DNA of 64,000 bases from Nitrosopumilus sp. (GTDB lineage Archaea > Thermoproteota > Nitrososphaeria > Nitrososphaerales > Nitrosopumilaceae), in NCBI GenBank assembly GCA_965214775.1, contig OZ243974.1, forward strand, positions 1,856,001-1,920,000. The letters run 5' to 3'. Every line of letters starts with the position of its first letter. Positions within the stretch are counted from its first letter, which is position 1. The notes below the pieces were generated by a model. It had not been told where the DNA came from and did not search any database. It saw only the letters and a list, made by a program, of their open reading frames with translations. Both the position numbers and the translations under genes were made by a program. This document shows positions 37,033 through 47,464 of this stretch, piece by piece.

Positions 37033-38520
37033 GCGTAAACTCCGCATCCACGGACATCTATTTTGATCACGAGGTGGCAGAGCTGGATGATGCCGGGGGC
37101 TTTACGGTCATGTACAAGGACGGCCCGAAGAGGGGACTGGACATACACTTCTACTCGCGCCGGGAGCTTGACAGGCTGTGCGCGGACTTTGAATACATCG
37201 TTGCGCCCTACGAGCAGACGGCCGATAGGGACCACCCGAAGACGGGCACGTGGTCGCAGTGGGAGGCCGTGCTGCGGAGGAGATGACGACGGCCTGAGGA
37301 TCATTCATTCCATGCAGAAGGCGTATCCGGACTCGCTTGCAGGCAGAAAAATACTGGTGTGCGCACATACGACAGATGCCACCTGCGTTTTTCTCAAGAC
37401 CCTGACCGAATTGGGGGCGGAGGCGTACTATATGCCCATCCAGTATAACAAGAACATGGTATCCATGGGCGACATTGCATCGGTACAAGGAATCCAAACG
37501 GTGAAAGTCCAGGATATTCACCGCATAATTGACACGATCGACGTCATCGTGGAGGATGGCGGCAGAGTAAGCCAGGAAATTCACAAGAGTCTGGGACGAC
37601 CACGCCTCAAGAAGCGACTCTTCTCAATAGAACAGACCACTAGCGGAGTGCGAAGACTTGCAAAACTCGATATGCGGTACCCTGTTTTTAATGTGGCCGA
37701 GTCGTTGCTGAAACTTGGAATCGAAAACTACCAGGCCACCCCAGAAGCCGTCATATCTTCAATACTGTCGGAATCCTGCATGTCGCTATCCGGAATGAGC
37801 GTGCTCGTATTAGGATATGGAATGGTGGGAAGTGGCATCGCCATGTTGTGTGGTGCGCACGGATGCAGTGTGACTGTGGTTGACAATGACAGTGTAAGGA
37901 GGGCTCTTGCGGCATCGCGCGGGTTTCATACGGTTGGTTTGGATGACATGAACTCCGTTATTGGGACGCAGGACATCATTATATCCTGTACTGCAAACAC
38001 ATGCAGTGACTGCCTGAATGTGGAACGGTTTCTTTTGATGAAGGACGGTGCCATGATAGTTAATGCCGGTAGTGGCACAGGAGAGGTTTCTGCAAAAATG
38101 CTCAGTATTGGAAGGTTCGTAAAAAACAAGGCCGAAGTCACTGTCCGAGAGGACAGAGGACACCTTTACTGCACGCTTGTGAAGATGGGACTGATCAAGC
38201 AGATCACCATCCTTGGGTCAGCCCGTCCAATCAATCTAATGTGTGGCAACGGCACGCCGAGTGACGCGATGGATTTTGTGTTTTCCGTAATACTGTTGAT
38301 TTTGATCAAGACAGACCATGATAATTTCACAGATGGGATTCATCCTGTATCTGAGGACATACAGAGGGAGGTGGCTGCAATGTCGGAGCCCGCACCATAT
38401 GCGTTACAGCCAGAACTGCTTCAGTGTGAAAGGATCAATCCGCAAGACCGACCTTGGGGAAGGCTGTTCCAGTTCTCCTCCAAACACGATCTGAAATCAT
38501 TTTCACTGGTGAGGGCCATA

Positions 38521-39573
38521 TGTGTTATATGGAAATAATGTCCGCTATTCATTGATGTCCCTCTCCATCCATTTTGGGTCGGATTTCCTGATCGCTTCTG
38601 TGGCAGTTTTGTCCGAGAACGCCATGATGGGTGTCTGGCGGTGGGCTATGTCCAGCCCAAAGTGTAGCCTGCGCTCGTTGTAATACTTGATGTATGCATC
38701 CAAGCTCTCATAGTGGCGGATCTCAGCCTCTATGCTGCCGTGGAACCGTTCCAACTTGCCGTTGGTCTCCGGATGGTACGGCCTGGAGTTTATCAGCCCG
38801 ATGCCCCGATCCAGCAGCTCGGCCTCAAAGGCAGTCGGCGTCCACGTCCCGCGTGGCATGTTCTTCTTGCTGCGGCCGCCGTTGAAACACCTGCCGTTGT
38901 CAGACAGTATGGTGGCCGGCTTGCCAAACCTGCCTATGGCCTCCCTGAGTGTTATCACCACGTTTTCTGATGTGGCATCTGCAAACGTCCGTGCCGCCGT
39001 GACACACCGGGAGGAATCGTCCAAAAACGTGACTAATTTGAGCCCTCTCAGGCGTGGATCCTTCATTTCGTGCCAGTCCACGTGCCACATTGCGTTGGAG
39101 TACTTGCGCTCATAGCGCAGCCATTTCTTTTGGCCCGACTTGGTATCTGATGCGGCAACGAGTCCCTGCTCCTTCATTATCCGATATACGCTGTTGTAGC
39201 TTATAATGTGACCTGCATCCTGCAGGCGCATGGCAGTGCGCATCACGCCCACGTGCTCTATACAGTGCATGTCCAAGACTGCCTGCACCTGGCCTGCCGC
39301 GGGCTGCGGTGCGGCCTTTCTTCCAGCCTTTTGTTGCACATGCATCTTTCCGGTCCGGCGGTACCTGGCGTAAATCCTCCTCACGTGCCGTGGCGTCACC
39401 TTCATGTCACGGGCCAGCGACGTGGCGCTCTTTCCGGCATTACGTCCCTTGACGATATACCTGATCTCTTTGTCCGACATCTTTCTTGTCATGTCTTTAT
39501 CTGATCGGTACAGCCTGAAATAGTCAGCGATCGTACGCCTTATCTTAGGCGGACCTAATTTCTGTATAAGACA
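38521..39573 (-). mobile_element. IS481-family element
   Basis: TGT...ACA ends; 15-bp TSD CTGGTGAGGGCCATA (38506-38520 / 39574-39588). Confidence 0.93.
38545..39492 (-). CDS. IS481 transposase (rve-type DDE)
   Basis: WHVDW, LDDSSR, ILSDNG, HPETNGKLERFH. Confidence 0.92.
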   Translation of the reverse strand: MTRKMSDKEIRYIVKGRNAGKSATSLARDMKVTPRHVRRIYARYRRTGKMHVQQKAGRKAAPQPAAGQVQAVLDMHCIEHVGVMRTAMRLQDAGHIISYNSVYRIMKEQGLVAASDTKSGQKKWLRYERKYSNAMWHVDWHEMKDPRLRGLKLVTFLDDSSRCVTAARTFADATSENVVITLREAIGRFGKPATILSDNGRCFNGGRSKKNMPRGTWTPTAFEAELLDRGIGLINSRPYHPETNGKLERFHGSIEAEIRHYESLDAYIKYYNERRLHFGLDIAHRQTPIMAFSDKTATEAIRKSDPKWMERDINE

Positions 39574-39996
39574 CTGGTGAGGGCCATATTTGAGCCAGGC
39601 TCTAAGACAGAGGGCCATTATCATGCGGTTTCCGAGGAAGCATATGTAGTTGAATCTGGAACGGCCGACATCATAACTTGGAATCCACAAAACGTGTTTG
39701 AAAAGACGACGTTTTCCGTAAAGAAGGGGGACTATCTGTCTATTCCAAGAGGCAGAGCCCACAGGGTAGTGGTCACTTCCGATGAGGAGTTTTCATGTCT
39801 GGTGATTGCGTCACCCCCGTTTTCTTTCTGGGACCAGTTCTTCCCACAAGTTCCAGTCGATACGTCAATCACTACATAGGGTCGATTTGAAATCAACAGG
39901 TTCGGATTACGCATAGACGAACTTGCCCAAATCGATTAGCATTCCTACAAACGGCAAGTATCTGTAAGATTACTTGGCAAATGAGTAAAAATCCAG

Positions 39997-40299
39997 GTGT
40001 TTGCGCCGTTTCTGATTTTGGATCTTGTCTCTGCGGGCCTGTACTGTACATATGGACGGCATGGTGGTTATGGCATCGCCGTGGTGCTGGGATTCGTGGG
40101 AGGCATGATTGTCATGGCAGGTGACAGTTATCTGCGGCCGCTGGATTCTACGGCTTGCAGTCCAGATGATCTGGAATGCGTAAACGTCCTTGCGCGCTGC
40201 AAGCTGCTGATGAGCTATGCCTCCGGATTCTACATGGGATTCGGAGGCACCGGCGCATGCCTGACGTGTTTCCGGAGATGGCCGGAGTTAAAGCTGTGA
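39997..40299 (+). CDS. Small membrane protein
   Basis: Three hydrophobic segments and a Cys-containing loop. Confidence 0.4.
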   Translation: MFAPFLILDLVSAGLYCTYGRHGGYGIAVVLGFVGGMIVMAGDSYLRPLDSTACSPDDLECVNVLARCKLLMSYASGFYMGFGGTGACLTCFRRWPELKL

Positions 40300-40357
40300 G
40301 GGCGCGCAGTATTGTGTATGGTTGGGATTCCTGGCAGGCGACTTTACCGGCGCGCTG

Positions 40358-40496
40358 TAGTTTGTTGCATAACTTCCTTTTTCGTCAAAAACTCCTGATT
40401 TCGATCACAGATAGATCCGAAATCGACTGTGGTTTTTATCTGGATTTATCATCTAGGACGAATTCGAGTAAAAAAATCGAGTTATGCAACAAACTA
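40358..40496. mobile_element. 139-bp MITE sharing ends with the IS5 element at 19481
   Basis: TIR TAGTTTGTTGCATAACT; no TSD. Confidence 0.85.
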
Positions 40497-40559
40497 TCTG
40501 TTTGCACTGCCTTTTATTTTGGCACCATCTGAATTTTGTTTTTGAGACACATATGGTTA
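40497..40559 (-). mobile_element. Left-end fragment of a second copy of the IS110 element
   Basis: ttggcaccatctgaattttgtttttgagacacatatggttaca is identical to 50790-50832. Confidence 0.8.
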
Positions 40560-41274
40560 CAGAGCAGCCTGTGGGACTCGGGCCTGATGAGACGGCACAT
40601 CAAAAAGAAGTTCGGCATAGAATACAGCAAGAGCGGCACGCGGCTGCTGGCACGCGAGCTTGGGTTCTCATGGAGGAAGCCGAGGCCCAAGAAACCCAAA
40701 GGCCGTCTCAAAACAAAAGCAGAACGAGTTCAAGGAGGCATCCCAGGAGCTGATACGGGAAAAGGAGGCGCAAGGGTATACGGTACTGGCAGAAGACGAG
40801 TCATCCATACAAAAGACCTCAAACAGCCCCAAACACGGGTGGTTCAGGCGCGGCATGAGCATCACGGCGCCCTTGATGCTGTCACGGCAGTGCCGGTACA
40901 TGTTCGGCGTGCTGGCAGTTAACATATTCTACCATATGTTCTATGACAAGACCAACACCGACAGCTTTTGCGACTTTTTGGAAAAGGTGCACGAAAAGTA
41001 CGGAAAGGTGCTGATATTCCTGGATAATGCGTCATACCACAAGTCTGCCGGTGTAAAAAAGACGCTGGAAAAGTATAACGGCAAGATAATGCTGGAGTAC
41101 CTGCCGCCGTACACGCCGGAGCTCAATCCTGTAGAGATACAGTGGAGGCAGATAAAGCGGAGGCTGTCTGCCAAGGTGTTTGATACGCTTGATGAGATGG
41201 AGCAGTCCGTGCGGAATCTGTTTGCCAGTGGAGAGATCCTACAGGTAAAGATGTTCCGATATTTGATGGGTTAA
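40560..41274 (+). pseudogene. IS630 transposase, 5'-truncated and frameshifted
   Basis: LGFSWRKPRP, EDES, LDNASYH, LPPYTPELNPVE. Confidence 0.85.
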
Positions 41275-42009
41275 CTACTGCAGCAATAATGTGTTATGTG
41301 GAAATAATGTCCGCTATTCATTGATGTCCCTCTCCATCCATTTTGGGTCAGATTTCCTGATCGCTTCTGTGGCCGTTTTGTCCGAGAATGCCATGATGGG
41401 CGTCTGGCGGCGGGCTATGTCCAGTCCAAAGTGCAGCCTGCGCTCGTTGTAATACTTGATGTATGCATCCAAGCTCTCATAGTGGCGGATCTCAGCCTCT
41501 ATGCTGCCGTGGAACCGTTCCAACTTGCCGTTGGTCTCCGGATGGTACGGCCTGGAGTTTATCAGCCCGATGCCCCGATCCAGCAGCTCGGCCTCAAAGG
41601 CAGTCGGCGTCCACGTCCCGCGTGGCATGTTCTTCTTGCTGCGGCCGCCGTTGAAGCACCTGCCGTTGTCAGACAGTATGGTGGCCGGCTTGCCAAACCT
41701 GCCTATGGCCTCCCTGAGTGTTATCACCACGTTTTCTGATGTGGCATCTGCAAACGTCCGTGCCGCCGTGACACACCGGGAGGAATCGTCCAAAAACGTG
41801 ACTAATTTGAGCCCTCTCAGGCGTGGATCCTTCATTTCGTGCCAGTCCACGTGTCACATTGCGTTGGAGTACTTGCGCTCATAGCGCAGCCATTTCTTTT
41901 GGCCCGACTTGGTATCTGATGCGGCAACGAGTCCCTGCTCCTTCATTATCCGATATACGCTGTTGTAGCTTATAATGTGACCTGCATCCTGCAGGCGCAT
42001 GGCAGTGCG

Positions 42010-43144
42010 TAGTATCTACGTCAGCCATTTGTTCATCTTTACCACCTTTATCTCGCCCCTGCGCGTCATACTGCGCAGTGATCTCTGCATCTCCTTGACG
42101 GTCTTGTAAAGGCAGTTTGAAGTCGCCTTTTTGAACCCGCGCCACTGCCCCTCCGAGTTGTTAAGCTCCGGCGCGTACGGCGGCAGGTACTTTAGCACCA
42201 CGTCTCCGTTCCACTTGGCCATCTTTCTATTGAGTTCTGCTGACTTGTGGTACGATGCGTTGTCGACAAACAACAACACCTTGCCGTACTTGCGGCGCAG
42301 TGTCCTGAGAAACTTGTAGAATGTTCCCGTGTTGGCCTTTTCGTAAAAGCGATAGTCAAACCTGTTTCTTGAGAGGGCCCCTATGACATAGAACCGCTTC
42401 CTAGACAGGCTGACGGGCGTATAGACCGGCTCTCCTACGGGGTACCAGCTGTTCTTGACGTTCCATCCCAGTATGAACATGGACTCGTCGCCTATCATTA
42501 CCGTGTACCCCTTTTTTGAATAGTACTTTGCGCTCTGCCTAGCTTTTTTTTTGAACTCCTTTTTCTCGGATTCTGAGGCTGATTTTGGGTGTTTTGGCCT
42601 GGGCTTTCTGCATGAGAAGCCGATTCTGTGCAGCAGGTCGTACATGCTCGTTTCTGCATACGTGATGCCGAACTTCTTTTTGACGTGGGCAATGACCAGT
42701 GGCCCTGTCCATGTTGTGGCCTTAAAGCCGCAGTTGTCCGGGCCCTTGATCAGGTCTGCGCGCAGCCGTTCAAGCTGTTTCTTGTCGAGCCTGCACGGGG
42801 CGCCATGCTTTATGTCAAACCTGCCCTCCAGACCATGCTTGTGCGCACGCACCAGCCAGTATCGTACGGTTCCATACGGCCTGCTCAGCTTCTCGGCAAT
42901 ATCATATATGCTCGCGCCGCACTTTCTCATGTGGTATGCAAGGAGCCGGATTGCCGCCTTGGCGTCCTTCTCGGACTTGTGCATCCTAAAAAGCTCGTCC
43001 TTGCTTGCTATCCCGTACAGGAACGCTGTTCCCGTCGGTAATTCCTTCTTTCCTTTCATGTGTATATATGGGACTAATAGCTCTTAGATCCTTTGGTTGA
43101 AAAAAATTGTCCTTTTTGTGATCAATTGGTAGCCGAGGATACTA
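42010..43144 (-). mobile_element. IS630-family element
   Basis: TAGTATC...GATACTA ends; boundaries defined by comparison with the empty IS481 copy. Confidence 0.9.
42016..43059 (-). CDS. IS630 transposase
   Basis: IGFSCRKPRP, GDES, VDNASYH, LPPYAPELNNSE. Confidence 0.92.
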   Translation of the reverse strand: MKGKKELPTGTAFLYGIASKDELFRMHKSEKDAKAAIRLLAYHMRKCGASIYDIAEKLSRPYGTVRYWLVRAHKHGLEGRFDIKHGAPCRLDKKQLERLRADLIKGPDNCGFKATTWTGPLVIAHVKKKFGITYAETSMYDLLHRIGFSCRKPRPKHPKSASESEKKEFKKKARQSAKYYSKKGYTVMIGDESMFILGWNVKNSWYPVGEPVYTPVSLSRKRFYVIGALSRNRFDYRFYEKANTGTFYKFLRTLRRKYGKVLLFVDNASYHKSAELNRKMAKWNGDVVLKYLPPYAPELNNSEGQWRGFKKATSNCLYKTVKEMQRSLRSMTRRGEIKVVKMNKWLT

Positions 43145-43638
43145 CGCATCACGCCCACGTGCTCTATACAGTGCATGTCCAAGACTGCCTGCACCTGGCC
43201 TGCCGCGGGCTGCGGTGCGGCCTTTCTTCCAGCCTTTTGTTGCACATGCATCTTTCCGGTCCGGCGGTACCTGGCGTAAATCCTCCTCACGTGCCGTGGC
43301 GTCACCTTCATGTCACGGGTCAGCGACGTGGCGCTCTTTCCGGCATTACGTCCCTTGACGATATACCTGATCTCTTTGTCCGACATCTTTCTTGTCATGT
43401 CTTTATCTGATCGGTACAGCCTGAAATAGTCAGCGATCGTACGCCTTATCTTAGGCGGACCTAATTTCTGTATAAGACAACTACAGGACTCTCTTAAAAA
43501 ACGCAATGAAAAATCCGGGAATTCGCGAGGTGGAAAAGTTGTATGAAGACTATCGTGGAATCTCACAGCAAGCTGATATGATAAACTCCAAAACACATCC
43601 AGAATATCACATAATAACATCCGATTCCTCCTCCTAAC

Positions 43639-44586
43639 ATGCCGACTTGGGGAGAGCTGCTAGCCGAACTAAACCAGTTAAAAACGGCCGATTCGGGAGC
43701 CGCTTTTGACGTCTTGAGAAGAAAGTACCTAGCGCGGCTATACGCAAAAACTGGAAGAAACGTAATTCTATACGCCTCTGCCTGGACACAGACTGGGAAA
43801 AACGTAGATCCCGGATTGCTAAGCATAACCGAGGAGGATCTGCAGGGCCTGATGGAGGTAGTTCACGGGCTGCAAGGAACCTCATTAGATCTGATAATAC
43901 ACAGTCCTAGCGGCTCGCCGACGGCAACAGAGGCTCTAGTCACGTATCTTAGGACAAAATTCGACGACATACGCGTAATCATTCCACATGCGGCAATGTC
44001 TGCGGCAACAATGCTGGCATGTTCAGCCAATCGAATAATGATGGGAAGGCATTCCTTCATAGGGCCCATTGATCCGCAGATAATTCTCAATACAAAGCTG
44101 GGGACGATGTCGGTGCCGGCACAGGCGATTATTGATCAATTCAAAATGGCCCAAAAAGAATGCAGATCCCATGACAAGCTGCCGTCCTGGCTTCCGATAC
44201 TTGAGCAGTACGGACCCGCACTGATAACACAGTGTGATAATGCGATAAGATTGTCCGAGGAGCTTGTTTCTGAATGGCTGGCAAAGTACATGCTGGCCGG
44301 TAAAAGAGATCGAAGAAAGCTATCCAGGCAGGTTGCCAGATATCTATCCGATCACAGGGGATTCAAGGCCCACTCCCGTCATATTGACAGGGCCGAGGCC
44401 GGCAGGCAAGGCCTGGTAATTGAAAATCTTGAGGATGACCAAGGCATTCAGGATTCGGTCCTGTCGGTCTATCACGCCACGACCCTTACGCTATCGGCCA
44501 CGAGTGCGGTAAAAATCCTGGAAAACCAGCTCGGAAAGGCATACATCAAGCAGGTTCAGCAGGCAGTGATCCGGCGGCCTTCCTAA
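43639..44586 (+). CDS. ClpP-class serine protease (SDH_sah/S49-like)
   Basis: LDLIIHSPSGS, AMSAATMLA, IGPIDPQ. Confidence 0.85.
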   Translation: MPTWGELLAELNQLKTADSGAAFDVLRRKYLARLYAKTGRNVILYASAWTQTGKNVDPGLLSITEEDLQGLMEVVHGLQGTSLDLIIHSPSGSPTATEALVTYLRTKFDDIRVIIPHAAMSAATMLACSANRIMMGRHSFIGPIDPQIILNTKLGTMSVPAQAIIDQFKMAQKECRSHDKLPSWLPILEQYGPALITQCDNAIRLSEELVSEWLAKYMLAGKRDRRKLSRQVARYLSDHRGFKAHSRHIDRAEAGRQGLVIENLEDDQGIQDSVLSVYHATTLTLSATSAVKILENQLGKAYIKQVQQAVIRRPS

Positions 44587-44927
44587 GGCATAGTGCTTAT
44601 AATTGAAAACCAATCAGCTTTGTGTCAAAATATGCGCGATATGCCAAAAATATGATCGGTTATTTGGCACAGACATCACACCCTTGAATTGCCTGCAAGT
44701 ACGTCCCCCGATCCTGCACAAAATGCCTTACACAACCCAACATTAGACCGGGCCCTCATGCAGATGTGACCCTCATGTCCGTAGCATGCACATCAAAAAT
44801 TGGAACATGATTTTAACATGCCGTGCACATTTCGACAAAAGGCTGTTCGATTTTCAATCGTACGCAGTACGGCCGGCGGCAAGGCCGGATCCACTGTGAT
44901 GAATGCTCCACGCCAGGCTCTTTCGGG

Positions 44928-45036
44928 CTTTAAAGCAGCGCGGTTTTTTACGTCATGTCCGAGCTGAAAACGGGGGGATGGGAAAAGCCCTTTCAATCTT
45001 CTTTAAAGCAGCGCGGTTTTTTACGTCATGTCCGAG
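44928..45036. repeat. Two identical 36-bp direct repeats with a 37-bp spacer
   Basis: ctttaaagcagcgcggttttttacgtcatgtccgag at 44928-44963 and 45001-45036. Confidence 0.85.
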
Positions 45037-45129
45037 GTAAGGGGACTTGCAGGAGCTGGCAGTCGAGATGGTGCGGGAGATCAGGTGATTTGCAATTTCA
45101 GGCACAAGTTCCGTCTGAACGGCCCTTTT

Positions 45130-45174
45130 TGATGGCAAGATTCACGCCTGAACTTCCCGAGCCCGACCTGTTAC
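45130..45174 (-). mobile_element. Left end of an element related to the IS66 at 35182
   Basis: Reverse complement GTAACAGGTCGGGCTCGGGAAGTTCAGGCGTGAATCTTGC matches 35182-35221. Confidence 0.8.
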
Positions 45175-46340
45175 CCGGGGAATCCGTTTTTTCACTCTGG
45201 GCATCTGCCTCCCGGATTATGTGGGCCCAGCACCGCTGCCTGTTCCTGCCAAAGAACTTTTCATATGCGGGGTATCCGTCAGTCACCCCGATTCTGGGCA
45301 CGTATGAAAAGTGCTCGTCCAGTACGGATGCCTTCCTGCTGTCAGTTGCCACCATGTGCGCGCCGACGGCATTGCCGTCCTTGACACCTACTGCCACCCA
45401 CATGTAGCCGCTCTTGCCGTTGCATGGCATCCTCGTCTCGTCCATGTGGACGTGGTCGCACCCTGCAATGTCTTTTTTGATGTCCTCCACGCACGGATCA
45501 AGCATCCTTGAGCCTGCCACAAGGCAGTTCTGTATTGTTCCCTTGCTGAGAGCCAGCCCGAAGACCTCCCTTACGATGCGCTTGATCGAGTCAATGGAGG
45601 CAGGCATGGCGTGCAGGGTCATGATGTATGATGTAATGTTGGGTCCCAGCTCGGTACCTGGGACAATCTCTCCTCCGCCGTTTGTCTTGGTGATGGCGCC
45701 GCACCTGCGGCACTTGCGGCCAAAGAAAAAGTGCTGTGTCGTGACAGGCCCTGGGATACTTGGAATGTCAGTCCCCATCTTGGTTCCAATGGGAAAGGGA
45801 TCCTCCAGGTGGTTGTACCCGCCGCACCCACCGCACATGTCAGGTATGTGCATCTTGGACTGGGTCGGACGTCTCTTGTGTGATACGCCCTTGTGTCCCG
45901 GCCTGCGTCCCGGCTTTCCAGGCGCCTTGCCTGATGCCTTTACCGCAGCAGTCTTTCTGCCTGGTCGGAATCATGTTCTGCGAGGACGGGGTGTGCGGGT
46001 TTTCGTAGTATGCGATGTGCTATTTGAGCTGCTGGTTTTCTGCCGTCAGCATCGTCTTTTCTGCCGTGACCTCGGCCAGCTGTTCGGTAAGCCCGACTAT
46101 TGTCAGATCTTTGTCTGCGATGGTTCTATCTTTGTCTGCGATGGTTCTATCTTTGTCTGCGATGGTTCTATCCTTCCTGCCTAATTCGGCTATGGTGCGG
46201 GCCAGCTCGTCGCGCAGTATCTTGGTCTCTGAATCAGGCAATGAATACAGGTGTGGTCTAGACGCATATTGATCCAGATGATGATCAAAAATTGGCCTTG
46301 TGCTCAATCTAAATTATGCGGAAGAGGGGTAAACTCTTAC
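45175..46340 (-). pseudogene. Third IS66 element: transposase with a nonsense codon, a frameshift and 3' truncation
   Basis: Left end GTAAGAGTTTACCCCTC at 46340; YENPHTPSS, PGHKG, MDET, TDGYPAY, QRCWAH; stop at 46020. Confidence 0.88.
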
Positions 46341-46415
46341 ACCGACAAGGAAGAAAACCGGCATCGTAATAATTCTCCATAGTTTTATATTATGCCCCAA
46401 GAAAATCTCGATACA

Positions 46416-46745
46416 ATGGAATATGTTTATGCTGCTTTGCTTCTTCACAAGCTAGAAAAAGAGGTTAACGAGGAAAACATCAGCTCAGTTGTCAAAGCAT
46501 CTGGTGCTGAAGTCAATGAAGCCCAAGTCAAAGCACTGGTAGCAGCCCTGGCAGATGTCGACATAGATGAGGCAGTTAAAGCCGCACCTGTAGCAGTTGC
46601 AGCAGCAGCAGCCGCGCCCGCAGCACAAGGTGGAGATGCAGCAGCAGCATCTGATGATGGTGGCAAAGCAAAGGCTGAAGAAAAGAAAGAAGAACCTAAA
46701 AGCGAAGAAGCAGCCATGGAAGGATTGTCCTCGCTATTTGGCTAG
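46416..46745 (+). CDS. rpl12: 50S ribosomal protein L12 (aP1)
   Basis: [11 protein letters not shown]...[13 protein letters not shown]. Confidence 0.95.
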   Translation: MEYVYAALLLHKLEKEVNEENISSVVKASGAEVNEAQVKALVAALADVDIDEAVKAAPVAVAAAAAAPAAQGGDAAAASDDGGKAKAEEKKEEPKSEEAAMEGLSSLFG

Positions 46746-46825
46746 ACGGCTTTCTTTTTTACAAACTGCTTTTGAGTCTTATTTTTCATCAATTCTTAAT
46801 TACCAATAACCTGTGTTTGAATTGA

Positions 46826-47464
46826 ATGGCAGATTTTTCATTTCCAATTTACGGTTTTATCAGCGTTCTGGATTATCTTGGAACGATTGCATTTGCCATT
46901 ACAGGGGCCTCAAAAGCAATCTCACACAAAGCTGACATTTTTGGAATTGTTGTTTTAGCTACTCTTGTCGGTGTTGCAGGAGGAATAATGCGCGATGTGA
47001 TATTTGGCAGATTTCCTACGGCTTTCTCTGATCCAACCTACATAAGTTTGACAGTTGCAGCCGGAATTGCCACATTCTTTCTGTATTCAAAATTAAAAAA
47101 TCAAATGAATACATGGCTGGTTTTTGACGCTATAGGCCTGGGCGTGTTCTCAATTATTGGCGCGTCAATTGCCTACCAGATTGTAGGCTTTAGTTTCCTT
47201 CCAATGCTGTTTGCAGGGGTTTTGACTGCTGTTGGCGGTGGAATCTTAAGGGATGTCTCTGTTAGGGAAATTCCAATTGTCTTTGTAAAGGAAGTATATG
47301 CAGTTGCCAGTGTCGTGGGGATCACAATCTTCTATGTGGCGTTGTCTTTTGGAGTTGGGATTCAGGCAGCGTCCGTAATTGGGATTGTTTTGGCAACGGG
47401 AATCCGATTACTTGCAATGAAGTACAAGTGGAATCTTCCCAAAGCCAAAGGCACTGCTGATTAG
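46826..47464 (+). CDS. Trimeric intracellular cation channel family protein (UPF0126)
   Basis: DYLGTIAFAITGA, GGIMRD and GGGILRD internal repeat. Confidence 0.9.
   Translation: MADFSFPIYGFISVLDYLGTIAFAITGASKAISHKADIFGIVVLATLVGVAGGIMRDVIFGRFPTAFSDPTYISLTVAAGIATFFLYSKLKNQMNTWLVFDAIGLGVFSIIGASIAYQIVGFSFLPMLFAGVLTAVGGGILRDVSVREIPIVFVKEVYAVASVVGITIFYVALSFGVGIQAASVIGIVLATGIRLLAMKYKWNLPKAKGTAD

Larger units (their letters stand above)
34726..37286 (+). pseudogene. Class I SAM-dependent methyltransferase split by IS66 (34726-35181 plus 37041-37286)
   Basis: YVGCGNGRN, GIDVSPVA, LRRGGLFFLRVN|SASTD continues in frame once the IS is removed. Confidence 0.88.
37312..39879 (+). pseudogene. Divergent adenosylhomocysteinase-like protein fused to a C-terminal cupin, split by IS481 (37312-38520 plus 39589-39879)
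   Basis: VEDGG, EQTTSGVRRL, GYGMVGSG, NAG, INL..G.G.P; cupin HYH...EEAYVVESG...IPRGRAH; LVRAI|FEPG joins in frame; start uncertain. Confidence 0.82.
41290..43479 (-). mobile_element. Second IS481 copy, interrupted by IS630
   Basis: Near-identical to 38521-39573 on both sides of 42010-43144; TGT...ACA ends. Confidence 0.92.

Noticed and set aside
37063-37311. N-terminal extension of the AHCY-like ORF
   Set aside because: Overlaps the methyltransferase 3' half in another frame
39493-39762. N-terminal extension of the IS481 ORF
   Set aside because: Runs outside the IS end into the antisense of the cupin region
38521-43479. Composite transposon formed by the two IS481 copies
   Set aside because: The first copy has its own TSD and the outer flanks do not match
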